Source of the DNA: Eledone cirrhosa
Lineage: Eukaryota
Length of the DNA: 64,000 nt
NCBI GenBank assembly: GCA_964016885.1
Contig: OZ024740.1
Location: 1-64,000, forward strand
Direction: 5' to 3'
Both the position numbers and the translations under genes were made by a program. A model generated the notes under the pieces. The model saw only the letters and a program-made list of their open reading frames with translations. It searched no databases and had not been told where the DNA came from. How positions within the stretch are numbered: position 1 is the stretch's first letter; every line of letters starts with the position of its first letter. Below are positions 23,637 to 37,311 of the stretch, one piece after another.

Positions 23637-26600
23637 TATCATCATCATCATCACCGTTTTACGTCCGTTCTTTCACGCTAATATGGGTTAGACTGGTTGT
23701 CCTGTTGTGAGCAGTGTCCAGTCAGCTGACCTTGCTCATACAGGAACTGATTCTGGCTTGATTTCTACAGCTGGATGCCCTTCCTAACACCAACCTCATT
23801 TACAGTGAGTACTGCTAATTCGGTCACCTAGATAGCAAAAGCTCTCTACTGTTTCTACAGAGCCCTCCCAGAGTTTGGTAGTGCTTGTTTCCTGTGGCCG
23901 TTTGCTGCTTGCTGTCCCAACGCAGCTGCAGCATGTGAAGCCTACATTCTTAGTTAAGCTCCTGAGATCCCAATACATCTCTTGTGTACCCATTGTTTGC
24001 ATTTGGGGCAGAGGATGGAGTTCCTACCCACACCTTTCCTACATACTGAGCAAGGCCATTTCCCTGAGGGGATCTGGGTTCTTTTTTCTCATCTACTTAC
24101 GAGGAACTTAGTCTTTGTCAGGTTGACTTTGAGACCCTTACTTTCTAGTCCCTGCTTCCATGTTTGGAATTTCTTCTCTAGTTCTACCATAGATTCAGCT
24201 ATAAATGCGAGGTCATCTGCATACAGGAGTTCCCATTGGCATCTGGTCTTAAACTCCTCCGTTATTGCCTGCAAAACTATAATGAACAGGAGAGGGCTAA
24301 GAACAGAGCCCTGGTGGACACCGACCTGTATGCTAAATTCCTCGCTATAGTCATTGCTAACCCTAACTTTGCTGACTGCTCCCCTATACATGGCTTGTAC
24401 AGCTTTCACAAGCCATTCATTTACTCCTAATTTTCTAAGAGCCCACCAGCTTATAGCACGGGGAACTATGTCAAAGGCTTTTCCAGATCGATGAATGCCA
24501 GGTAGAGCGGCTTACTTTTAGCTAGGTACTTTTCCTGTAACTGCTTCACAAGGAAGAGTGCATCAGTGGTGTCTTTTCCTGGCACAAACCGAAATTGGAT
24601 CTCATCTCGATTTACCTGGTCTCTAATCAGCTGTGCTACAACTCTTTCTGTTACTTTCATGACCTGGTCCATCAGCTTTATACCTCTATAGTTTCCTCTA
24701 TCTAGTGCATCACTTTTATCCAGCAGTGATGCTGCTGCACCAATCCTTTGGTATGATACCCTCTAGTATTACCTGGTTAACAATTTGTGTGGTTATGGTG
24801 TGACCTACCGACCCAGATGCCTTCAGCATCTCGGCAGCTATACCCGATGGACCGGTTGCCTTCCCCGTCTTCATATCTTTAATTTGCCTTACTTACTACA
24901 CTGCTGCTGACTTGTACTGCTGGCCCATCTATAGGGTCTACTTGGGGTAGGGTCTCTTTTTCCCATGCATTCTCCTCATTTAGTAATCTTTCGTAATGGC
25001 TCTTCCATGCATCTTTCTTCTCAGCACTTGTGAGGGCAAGCTCACCTTTATCATTCCGGATACACTTCTCTCCAATGACATCACAATTCTCTCTGACACA
25101 CTGCCTTGCAATCTTGAACACCTCTCGTTTCTGGTCCTCACGTTGCAAAACATGCTTGAATTTTCTATCCTTCGCTTCCCTTCTAGCTAAGTATACTTGT
25201 CGCCTTGCTTCCCTCTTGGTCTCTATGTAATGTACCCTGCTACCCCTGTTCTTCTATTCTTTCCATGCTTGTCTCTTAGCCTTAATTGCTTGATCTACCT
25301 TATTGTTCCACCACCAAATCACTCTCCTCCTCCGTGGTCTTGCTGCAACCACAGATCTCGTCCGTCGCCTTTAGTAAGTTATTTTTTAGGAACTCCCAGT
25401 GCTCTTCTACATTGAATGTCTCTATCTGTTCTTCTTTACTGTCATAGGCGTCGAGTAAAATATCTTTAAATCTGTTACTGGCTGAGGGGTCTTTCAGCTT
25501 CCAGATCTTTCTTGTCCAGGTTGCCTTCTGTTTCCAAGTTCATCTAGTTTTAAGAGTGAGGTCGCTGACAACTAAGTTATGTTGGGAGGTACATTGGAAA
25601 AAGCTATCTCACTTACCGCTTTTCATAGGCACCGCTATCTCCACTCATGGTAGTTTAAAGACCAGTTCTTATATGTCCATTCTCCTAGACTGGTAGTTTC
25701 TACATTGGTACAAACAGTGCCATATCGTTTCGCTCTTCATAGGCGCCGCTATCTCCACTGCTGGTTACTCCTCGCCCGCCTGCATCCAACTGCCTAACAC
25801 CGGGAGCTGCACAAACTGGCGTTTACCCCGTTGTTAGGTACTGCCCAAACTCGCGTTCACCCCGTTGCTAGGCACTGCCCAAACTGGCGTTCACCCCGTT
25901 GCTAGGCACCACTAGAGAGCGTCCTCTGCTGGCCCTTCCGGTCGAGCACTCCCCCGCCTGCGGCCACCGCACGCCACACCATACCCCCCCCCCCTGATCT
26001 CAAGGATCAATTTCCTCCTCGTCTCTCTGCATGTGAACGTCTGCTGTCCAGGTTGGTGGTTTACGACTTCATTGCGATCTCTGCAGTATTGGGGCAGCAC
26101 TTTGGGCTTCCTCCTCCTCTCGGGTTTCCTCTTCCTCGGAGTCCATCGACACAGTGATTCTTCGTACATCCAGGACATGACGTGGTACTCCGTCCACGGA
26201 CACATTGTTCTTTGAATTTACGGCCGTCACCATTCCCCTTCCCCATTGAGATGTGCAACGTGCATCTGGGGGCTTAACCCAGACTTCTTCGCCCACCTGC
26301 ACGAATGCACTCTCTCTCCCCACTGGCCGTTGTGGTGGCGTGCACAGGTGCCGCCACTCGTATTTGAATACTGCTCTGTGTGGCACCGATTCCTCGACCT
26401 GTCCTACTCGAGGGGACATGTTGTACCAGAACACTGCCTCCATTGGTGAGATATGGCCCCGCTCCGCCATTGCCTTGATCGTCCGGTGGTGTCGCTCCAC
26501 GATTCCATTCCCGCTCGGCCTGTGCGCCACTCTGAAGAAACGGTCCACCTTCCATCCATCGAGCATCTCCCTCAGTGCCTTCGAAAGGAACACTGCGCTG

Positions 26601-29600
26601 TTGTCCATCAGCAGTTCGTCCACAGGGCCCCGCTCCAAGAACACCTCTCTCAACGTCCGCATGATTTCCTCGGCCGTTCCAGTCTTCATCTCCCTCCATA
26701 TCGCCATCCGTCCTGGTCCACAGTCGACCATCGAGAGGTACGTTCCCTGCCGGTAGTGCGTTACATCCACCGCTAATCGCTTCCAGTCGCGATCCACCGG
26801 GAGGCTTCCTGTTTCGTGTACACCTGGGGCGGGATCAATGGACTGACATCGGACGCAGCCTCTAACCACTCTTTGAAAACTGTGTCTGTTAACATCCGAG
26901 TCGATTCTCCTGGCTAGGAACAGGCTCCTATCCACTCCCATGTGGTGCATGTCATGCAACCCTTTCAGATCCGACTCGGTCAGCCGACACACGGCAGCTA
27001 TCTCATCTTCTACCTCCTCCGGCGCTTCCATCCAGGCTTTCTTCACCCTAGTTAAGATGTCCGCCCTATTTTTCTCTGAGGGCACGAAAACTACGCTCAG
27101 CCTCAGGTCGAACTCGGTGGCCAGCTCTCCTAAAGTTCCCAGGCGGCGCTTTATCAGCATCTCCGCCGCGCCTCTCATTCGCACTCTCTTCTCACTGGTG
27201 AGCACTGATCTTACCCATCCGAGTACAGTAGCCGAGTCGGTGCGTATCTCGATGGTGCGCAGTCCCCACCTCAGGGCGAGGTTCACCCCTCTCAACACTG
27301 CGTCCAGTTCGGCCACATTGATGTGGTTGCAGTCGTCCTTCTTTCTAAGCCAGGCTGCATCCTCGACCTCAACACCTCCTATCTCCAACATGACACCCAG
27401 CGCTATGCTGCTGGCATCGCACCATACGGTCCCGCTCTGTCATTTGGGAACATACCAGCGTCCCCGCACTGGGTCGTCGGCCTTCACCCTCCCCACGATC
27501 TCCTGCATCATGGCCACCGTCCTCTCTCCCACTCTGTCACTCCAAGTCACTCCTCCCGCTCGTCTCTTGACATAGCTGCATGCCGTCCGGAGCCACCCAG
27601 CGATCGGGTAGTGACTCACCAGCTTTCCACACGCCGAGAAAAGCTCCCGCCTACTCATACTTGGGCCCAGTTCCGGAACTTCGTTTCCCCTCTGGAATAC
27701 CAAGACGCCCGTCCTGTCTCGCCGTAGCCTAAGTCCCAGCGCGTCTCCTCCCTCCAACGCTTCTCACGGCTTCGCAGCCAGTCCATACCCCTGTAAATGG
27801 CTCGTGACCTCCGCCGCCGACACCACAGACTCGTCCATTAGGATGTCGTCAATATAGGAGTTAGTGGCCCTCTTCATCTTGTCGGCCTTCCCCAGAACGG
27901 TCTTGAGGACCGCCGCCATGATCTTCGGTGGGGAGCTCAGCCCGAAACCGAGCCTGGTCAGGCAATATGTCCGGCCCTTATACCTGACCAGCTGATACCG
28001 CCAGAGCTTCTCGTCTATATGCAACTGCAAGTATGCCGACTTTAGATCTACGATCGCTGAACCCCCGTCATGCGTCTCCACTCACGCAGGGTTTCCCCAC
28101 AGACATCCGTGACCTCGCCACCCGTGTGGCATGACACGTGCTCGTTCAGCTCCCGAAAGTCCAGCACCAGCCTCACCTTGCTCTTCGTGGGTTGCACCAC
28201 CGCCATTAACGGCAATACTCCGCACTTCACCTCCTCCTTCCAGGGAAGCAGTATGCCCTCTTCAATCCATCTCTCTACTTCTCGCTCGAACTCGCTCCTA
28301 ATGTTTCCCTTCAATGTATGTTGATAGCAGCCCACTTTGGTCTTCAGTGTTGGTGGTTCTCCCTTCCAGTACCACTCAACAACCCATCGCTGCCCATCAA
28401 ACACGGCCTTGAAGTCTTTGTCCTGCACAGTGTAAGCGGGGTATTTCTCCTCATGGGCCTTCTGGTTCTCCTGTCGTGCACTCACAGCGCATACCGATGC
28501 AGCGGCGCCAAACGACACACCGACGTTGTTCACTGTTACGCCTCCTAGACGGCCAATTGCATCCATGCCCATAACCACGCCGATCCCATCCACCCCGCTG
28601 TCTACTACGATGGCAGAAAGCCTTATTTTCCTTCCCTGTACCGCTATTTCCATCTCGCTGCGACCTCGGCATTCAATTTTCCTGCCGTCGACTGCCCTTA
28701 CACTGCTCTTCCCTCTCCACCTCTGCGCCACCCCCGCGGTCACCAGTGTCGTCGTACAGCCTGTGTCCACGAGGGCTCGCTGTGGCTTTCCTCTCACGAA
28801 GACTTCCACCACGGGCAGCGCTGCTACTCGTAAGGGGCAACTACCGGCGCAGTAGTTCCCCTTGGATCGTTTCCCTGGTCGCAGTTAGTAGCGATGTGGC
28901 CTGGTCGCTTACACCAGTAGCAAATTATCTCCGGCCTTGACTCTCTACAGTCTCTAGCCATGTGCGGGCCCTGGCACCGAAAACAGCGACCTCTAAACGT
29001 TCGCGGGCGACCGTGTGCCGTGGTTGCCTCCCTTTCACCATTTCGCTGCCAGCTGTCTTGAGCCTCTGTAGTTGCTATCGCCGCAACACTCTTTTTGGCA
29101 TCTTCTGCTATGATCTGGGCTTGTTCCACCAGTGAACGCATTTCCATCTCTTTATAACCCGGGACTTGCTGCAGTTTCACCACTATGTCGTCTGGAAATC
29201 CATTGATGAACGCCAACCGCACCGTGCGTTCGCATTCCACCTGATATCCAGCCAACATGGCCAACCGCCGTATTTCCGCTGCGAAAATGTCGACGCACTC
29301 ACCATTCCATCTGATTCTCGCCAGCTTAGCAAAAGCGGCCAACGGTCCCTCGGCGAATGCATCTATCAGGTGCCTCTCAATCTTTTGCGCATCTCTTTGG
29401 CTGTGCTCGTCCAACTCAAGGAAGAGTACCAACGCGTACCCCTCGAGGTACAGTGCCATGAAGCCAGCCACATCCTCTATCTTCTGCAAGCTTGCGACCA
29501 GCCGAACTTTCTGCAGCCAAGCGACATCACCTTCCCCGGTAAATGCCCTGATAGCTTCACTTGTTCGTAGTCTTGTCGCCATCTTCTGATTTGTCTTGCA

Positions 29601-30187
29601 GTACGTGATAAAAAAAAAAAACAACAGACTCCTCTCTGTTTTTCCAGTAGCTTTTTCTTCTTTTTTCTTTTTTCAATCAGATCTGTTTCCAGTTGCCGAA
29701 ATAGCTTGTGGTTGGAAAAAGCTATCTCACTTACCGCTTTTCATAGGCACCGCTATCTCCACTCATGGTAGTTTAAAGACCAGTTCTTATATGTCCATTC
29801 TCCTAGACTGGTAGTTTCTACATTGGTACAAACAGTGCCATATCGTTTCGCTCTTCATAGGCGCCGCTATCTCCACTGCTGGTTACTCCTCGCCCGCCTG
29901 CGTCCAACTGCCTAACACCGGGAGCTGCACAAACTGGCGTTTACCCCGTTGCTAGGTACTGCCCAAACTCGCATTCACCCCGTTGCTAGGCACTGCCCAA
30001 ACTGGCGTTCACCCCGTTGCTAGGCACCACTAGAGAGCGCCCTCTGCTGGCCCTTCCGGTCGAGCACTCCCCCGCCTGCGGCCACCGCACGCCACACCAT
30101 ACCCACACATTCCTCACCAGGGAAGGCTTTTGTGTTTACAACCATCCTCTGATGAGGATAAATTCTATCCGACTAGAATGCTTCCCA
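23637..30187 (-). mobile_element. Degenerate RTE subfamily B copy with deletions, split by Gypsy 3 (RTE parts at 23637-25594 and ~30106-30187)
   Basis: ORF pieces 24089-24409, 24466-24672 and 24879-25148 match the 55290-58409 protein. The RTE sequence resumes after the Gypsy (…GGTACAT | ACATTCCTCACC). Confidence 0.9.
25595..30105 (-). mobile_element. Compact Gypsy-like LTR retrotransposon 3 (~393-bp LTRs at 25595-25987 and 29713-30105)
   Basis: Near-identical LTRs with internal ~31-bp tandem repeats and a poly-G PPT. gag with two CCHC knuckles (28824-29624), protease LVDTG (28048-28812), RT YIDD (27764-28081), RNase H + integrase (26069-27391). Several frameshifts. Imperfect TSD TACAT/CACAT. 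Confidence 0.92.
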
Positions 30188-30403
30188 TATATATATAAAT
30201 ATTTATATATGTATATTAGAAAAGAGAAGTAAGGTACTATACAAAACAGTGGATATAGAGAAAAGGTGAAGTTGGAAATAGCATGGAAAATATATTTTAG
30301 GGTCTGTTTTTCTTTTTTTTATCCTTTCTTTGATTCGTCAGTGACATTATTGAAAAAATGAGAGGGACAATTCTTTTAAAAAAAAGTTTTATAATGTATA
30401 TAA

Positions 30404-30451
30404 AGTATTACTGGTTTCGATGTATTTTTAAAATTCATCTTATCAAATGTT
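30404..30451 (-). ncRNA. Degenerate hammerhead-like motif (U3-A8 core variant)
   Basis: Minus strand TTGATAA-GATG...CATC-GAAA-CCAG-TA. Stem I is weak. Confidence 0.35.
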
Positions 30452-30463
30452 GAATATGGAAAT

Positions 30464-31138
30464 AAAAAATTAAAAAGAATTAATAGGAGTTAAAAACTAA
30501 AAATTAAAGATTTAAAATTAAAATTAAGTGTTAAAGTTAGTTTTTTCCCCATCTTTCTTGCTCAAAATTGGGCTGGAGAATGAGTTGTTGTTAGAGAGGT
30601 GGTAGTGTAGATAGCAGCAGTGTTGGTGGTTGTGTTTCTAGACAGAACAAAATTGTTTTTTATTTGGGAGGGGAAGAACATCCTGTAAATATGTGTGTGT
30701 ATATCTAATTGTGTTAATTGACTGGTCAAGAGTTCAAAAGGGGATTGTAAGCTAGAGGCAAACTCTATGGCAGCAGTAGGATTGTAAGAGAAATTCTATT
30801 ATTGGAATATGGTTTTAGTGAGGTTGTGTATATATAGTGTGAGGGTGTATATATAACAATACACGTGTGTGTGTGAGTGTGTTTTTTTCAGCCTGTCTGT
30901 CACAGGTCCCTTTAGCAATACACACGTGTGGGCGTTGTAGTGTGTGTGTGTGTGTGTAAAGAAACACAACCACCAACACTGCTGCTATCTTCACTACCAC
31001 CTCTCTCTATTAACAACTCATTCTCCAGCCCAATTTTGAGCAAGAAAGATGGGAAAAAAACTTACTTCAACACTTAATTTTAATTTTAAATCTTTAATTT
31101 TTAGTTTTTAACTCCTATTAATTCTTTTAAATTTTTTA
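30464..31138. repeat. ~175-bp inverted repeat (30464-30639 / 30960-31138)
   Basis: For example CATCTTTCTTGCTCAAAATTGGGCTGGAGAATGAG versus CTCATTCTCCAGCCCAATTTTGAGCAAGAAAGATG. Confidence 0.9.
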
Positions 31139-31183
31139 ATATATATATATATATATTTACACATACATTTTCTATATTTACAG

Positions 31184-31289
31184 GTACCTCATTGTCAGTC
31201 CAAAATAAAGAATGCTGGTTCAATATTGTCTACACGGAAGTCTCACAAAAACAGAGTTAATTGTGTAAAATGGATGAGGACCAGGAAAG
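31184..31289 (+). CDS. ELP2: ELP2-like coding exon 2
   Basis: Acceptor TTTACAG/ at 31183, phase 0 compatible with exon 1. VPHCQSKIKNAGSILSTRKSHKNRVNCVKWMRTRK-G has the WD40 'H..RVNC..W' motif of ELP2. Donor AAG/GTCTGT. Confidence 0.85.
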
Positions 31290-31354
31290 GTCTGTTATTA
31301 TTTTTTAATCATGTGGAATAATTATCAACCATCCTCAGAGTTCTTTTTTCTTCA

Positions 31355-32265
31355 GATGGATGTGTAATTTACATAAAAGATGAAGTATGGAGGATGTGAG
31401 AGAAAGACTAGGCATAAGAGGAATGAGATGCAATGAGCAGGAGACAGGATTGCATTGGTATAGATGTGTGATACTGGATGATGATTGTTGGCTGAAGAAG
31501 TACCAAGACTTTCCAGTGGAAGGAAGTTGTGGACAAGGAAGACCAAGAAATACCTGGGTAGAAGTGGTGAGAGTTGATCTCATAATATTAAGACCAAGAA
31601 ATACCTGGGTAGAAGTGGTGAAAGTTGATCTCATAATATTAAGACCAAGAAATACCTGGGTAGAAGTGGTGAAAGTTGATCTCAGAATATTAAGACCAAG
31701 AAATACCTGGGTAGAAGTGGTGAAAGTTGATCTCATAATATTAAGACCAAGAAATACCTGGGTAGAAGTGGTGAAAGTTGATCTCAGAATATTAAGACCA
31801 AGAAATACCTGGGTAGAAGTGGTGAGAGTTGATCTCATAATATTAAGACCAAGAAATACCTGGGTAGAAGTGGTGAAAGTTGATCTCATAATATTAAGAC
31901 CAAGAAATACCTGGGTAGAAGTGGTGAAAGTTGATCTCATAATATTAAGACCAAGAAATACCTGGGTAGAAGTGGTGAAAGTTGATCTCATAATATTAAG
32001 ACCAAGAAATACCTGGGTAGAAGTGGTGAAAGTTGATCTCAGAATATTAAGACCAAGAAATACCTGGGTAGAAGTGGTGAAAGTTGATCTCAGAATATTA
32101 AGACCAAGAAATACCTGGGTAGAAGTGGTGAGAGGTGATCTCAGAATATTGAGATTCACTGAGGATGTGAAAGGAATACAATTAGTGGAGTGAAGCTGTG
32201 TTGTAGAAAATCCAACACACCCATGCAAACATGAAAAAAGCTGATGTAAAATGGTGATGATGATC
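31355..32265 (+). mobile_element. Diverged RTE 3' fragment containing a 51-bp minisatellite
   Basis: Translation ERLGIRGMRC..QE..LHWY..V...DDCWLKK...GQGRPRNTW.EVV..DL, followed by a GATGATGAT tail. Confidence 0.85.
31540..32151 (+). repeat. 51-bp tandem repeat, 12 copies
   Basis: Unit AGACCAAGAAATACCTGGGTAGAAGTGGTGAAAGTTGATCTCATAATATTA recurs at 51-bp spacing from 31540 to 32101. Confidence 0.97.
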
Positions 32266-32325
32266 CAGAATGTCAACCCTGTAGAAATCCTTCACTACTC
32301 CCTTGTCTATCCTCCATGTAAACAG

Positions 32326-32370
32326 AACTGCAGACACTGTTTCTGGGTATTACCCTTCATCAGTACAATT
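32326..32370 (-). ncRNA. Type I hammerhead ribozyme (family H3)
   Basis: Minus strand AATTGTA-CTGATGA-aGGGTaatACCCa-GAAA-CAGTG-TC-TGCAGTT. Confidence 0.7.
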
Positions 32371-32524
32371 CACTGCTGATATGCAAATCTGGGTGATCAG
32401 TGAATCTGCTAATATACAGATCTGACTGATCAGCCAATCTTCTAATATGCAAATCAGGCCAGTCAGTCACTGTATATTTTAGAAAATAGCATATATTTTC
32501 ACGAGTTCTGGCAGGTGAACAGTG

Positions 32525-32572
32525 AGCTGTACTGATAAAGGGTGATACCCAGAAACATTAGTGCCTGCAGTT
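32525..32572 (+). ncRNA. Degenerate inverted copy of the H3 hammerhead
   Basis: CTGTA-CTGATAA-aGGGTgatACCCa-GAAA-CATTAGTG-CC-TGCAG, with core substitutions. Confidence 0.5.
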
Positions 32573-32801
32573 CTGTTAACATGCCAATCACAAGAGCAAG
32601 AATGAGGGGCTCATTCTACTGACATGGCTTTAAAAATGAGGCTTGTTTGCATAATTGCAAACGAATTGAATGTTATTATTAATATTCGAAAAACTCAAAT
32701 TACATTTATTGTATACAGCCATGTAGAGCGAACATTTTTTTTTTTTACATATATATATATACATACATATACATATATATATATATATGTATATATATAT
32801 A

Positions 32802-33470
32802 TGAGAGTGAACATAGCTAAGACAAAAGTGTTGATAAGTAGAAAAAGGATAAAACTCTGATTCCATCAGGGAAATGGCCATGTTCAATATGTAGAAAAGG
32901 AACTGGCATAAATTCTATAAAATGTACACAATGCAGATCCTGGGTACACAAGAGATGTAGTGGGATAGCAGGCAAACTAACAGGTAGGGAAAACTACATA
33001 TGCAGTAGATGTACAGGGAAATTTGACAGTAGTAATCGCAGTGATACACATTTTTCAAATGCAGGTGGGTTCTATAGAAGTGGTTGACAGCATCCAGTAC
33101 CTAGGTGATCAAATTAGCATGGGAGGGAGGGTGTTCCGAATAAGGACGGGTTGGAAGAAGTTTAGGGAGATGCTTCCTCTGTTGACAAAGAAGGGTTTCT
33201 CCTTGCGTACAAAAGGCCAGTTATATGATGCCTGTGTGAGATGCGTGATGCTGCATGGTAGTGAGACATGGGCAGCAACTGCAGAGGATATATGACAGCT
33301 GGAGAGAAATGAAGCAAGCATGCTCTGTTGGATGTGCAATGTCAATGTGCGTGAATGACCAAGCATAGACGAGTTGAGAAAGAAACTGGGTATAAGAGGG
33401 ATAAGTTGTGGTGTGTGGGAGAGAAGACTGAGATGGTATGGACATGTGATATGCATGGATATGAGTGCTG
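32802..33470 (+). mobile_element. Diverged RTE fragment (PHD insert + RT C-terminal region)
   Basis: VNIAKTKVL, GKWPCSICRKG, YLGD and [17 protein letters not shown] motifs, with stops. Confidence 0.85.
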
Positions 33471-33520
33471 GATGTGTATATATATATGTATATATATGGA
33501 TATATATATGTATATATACG

Positions 33521-33569
<49 letters not shown>

Positions 33570-33624
33570 GTATATATATGTATATATATTTATATATATA
33601 TATGTATATATATATATGTATATG

Positions 33625-33965
33625 TATCATCATCATCATCATTTTATGTCCGCTTTTTCCTTGCTTGCAAGGGTGGGACGGGAACTGATTCTGGCTTGAT
33701 TTCTACAGCTGGATGCCCTTCCTAACACCAACCTCATTTACAGTGAGTGCTGGGTGCTTTTTTGCTGTGGCACCTCCACGACCACTTTGCAGTGGAATGA
33801 TAGGGACCCCAGTCCTATCATCTCATTTCTACAGCTGAGTAAACTGGAGCAATGTGAAATAAAGTGTCTTGCTCAAGGAAACAACACATCACCCGGTCTG
33901 AGAATTGAACTCACAACCTTTCGATTGCAAGGCCAATGCTCTAACCACTAAGCCATGTGCTTCCA
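33625..33965 (-). mobile_element. tRNA/CORE-like SINE with RTE tail
   Basis: Reverse complement of the 19178-19487 family. Confidence 0.85.
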
Positions 33966-33977
33966 TATATATATATG

Positions 33978-34040
<63 letters not shown>

Positions 34041-34168
34041 GTATATATATATAGATGTAATATATATATATATATATGTATATATGTATATATATATGTA
34101 TATATATGTATATGTATATATGTATATATATATGTATATATATGTATATATATATGTATATATGTATA

Positions 34169-34217
<49 letters not shown>

Positions 34218-34244
34218 GTATATATATATATGTATATATATGTG

Positions 34245-34950
34245 TGTAAGTATGTATGTATACGTACATACATATATGTATACAGACGTACAGTAGCATG
34301 CATATATATATATACATACAGGTACACATATATATATGTACGTATCAGTTTAGCGGACGTTTATTATAACGCTCGCTTTTTCCGTTTGTAAACAAACTGA
34401 CAGCCTGTTTTATGCCGTACGGTGTTAAGGCAACCACGTCACCTTTTTGTTCTACACTGACACAGGAACGATGTACTAGTTTCAAGCTTGTTAGCTATCG
34501 TCAGCACCGTATACCCTTCTGCCAGATGGTTGAACGTTCGAAAGTATATACTTTCCTTATGAAAATTAACGGCTGAGCAGCCTAATTTGTACATATATAT
34601 ATGTGTACCTGTATGTATATATATATATATATATATATACTAGTACATATATAAACTAGTACATCGTTCCTGTGTCAGTGTTGAACAAAAAGGTGACGTG
34701 TTTGCCTTAACACCGTACGGCATAAATCAGGCTGTCAGTTTGTTTACAAACGAACAAAGCAAGCGTTATAATAAACGTCCGCTAAACTGATACGTACATA
34801 TATATATGTGTACCTGTATGTATATATATATATATATATATATGCATGCTACTGTACGTCTGTATACATATATGTATGTACGTATACATACATACTTACA
34901 TTTAAGTAAGTGCCGTACTAAGAGTTAGAAATGAAATTTTGTTTCATTCT
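34245..34950. mobile_element. Family H1 hammerhead element in head-to-head fold-back form (minus arm 34245-34592, plus arm 34653-34950)
   Basis: 34653-34900 is the reverse complement of ~34245-34482. Homologous to 3561-3890 and embedded in (TA)n. Confidence 0.85.
34468..34510 (-). ncRNA. Type I hammerhead ribozyme
   Basis: Minus strand ACGGTG-CTGACGA-TAGC taacaa GCTT-GAAA-CTAG-TA-CATCGT. Confidence 0.8.
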
Positions 34951-35033
34951 ATTCCAACTTATATATATATGTATATATATGTATATATATATATGTATAT
35001 ATATGTGTATATATGTATATATATATGTATAAA

Positions 35034-35192
35034 TAATTGTTTCTACTTTAGGCACAAGGCCAACAATTACCCAGTGCATTACTGGTACTTTATTTTATCA
35101 ACCACCGTAAGGATGAAAGGCAAAGTCAACCTCGGCGGGATTTGAACTCAGATCGTAAAGGGACGTAACTATGCTGGAAAGCATGGCGTCCG
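35034..35192 (-). mobile_element. Meta-type tRNA SINE
   Basis: Reverse complement of 8520-8677. Confidence 0.85.
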
Positions 35193-35440
35193 ATATATGT
35201 ATAAATAATACCCAGGAAACAATCCTTGCATACCAGACCCAGCCTCAGACAAACGGATGCGCAAAAAAAAAAAAAAAAAAAAAAAAAATTGTCCGGGAAA
35301 GACTGCCCTAACACCGGCCAGAGTTACCTCTCTTGACCTGCTGCAAAATCAAAACACGATATTTTTGCGAGCAATGAACCTTGATGTGGATTTAACCCCA
35401 AAAACTCTTTCCGAGGAATATAAGGAACACTTGTGATTAT

Positions 35441-35486
35441 TTATGCCCTTGAGAAGCCCAACTGGGCGAAACGTACGTAGGTGATA
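35441..35486 (+). ncRNA. Hammerhead-like motif with variant core
   Basis: TGCC-C-TTGAGAA-GCCC aact GGGC-GAAA-CGTACG-TA-GGTG: U3/A8-type core, perfect stem II, palindromic stem III. Confidence 0.55.
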
Positions 35487-35539
35487 TTTTAAATAAACAT
35501 GTTTTAACGGTCTATTCTCCGATTTTTTACTTTCCCACG

Positions 35540-36970
<1,431 letters not shown>

Positions 36971-37156
36971 AGATAAATCTACCAAGAGTTTACGGTAGTG
37001 TCCAATCCGTATGAAGAACTCAATGTATTCCGGATATCATGGGAAGAAGAGATGTAATGAAAATCCACTTTCGGTGAAAGATAAACGGTATACAGAGTCA
37101 AGATAAAATATTAAACAAATAATGAACAAACAATTCCTTATATTAAACAAAAAAAG

Positions 37157-37311
37157 TTCACTATTTAACGATCGTTTCTAGGGTATATATGTGTTATAAT
37201 TGGTATGCATATTCAACAGATCTATGTACAAAATTATACAAAATTATACAAATTATCAAGATTAAATATACATACCTAACACATATATACGCCGTCTTCA
37301 GAAATAATGAA
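37157..37311 (-). ncRNA. Type I hammerhead with long stem II (left-arm copy)
   Basis: Reverse complement of 47857-48011. Confidence 0.75.

Noticed and set aside
31540-32151. CRISPR-like regular array
   Set aside because: The units are contiguous with no unique spacers, derive from an RTE coding end, and sit in eukaryotic DNA with no cas genes.
31335-32276. 313-aa and 268-aa repeat-protein ORFs
   Set aside because: They are by-products of a 51-bp (multiple of 3) repeat inside a decayed LINE.
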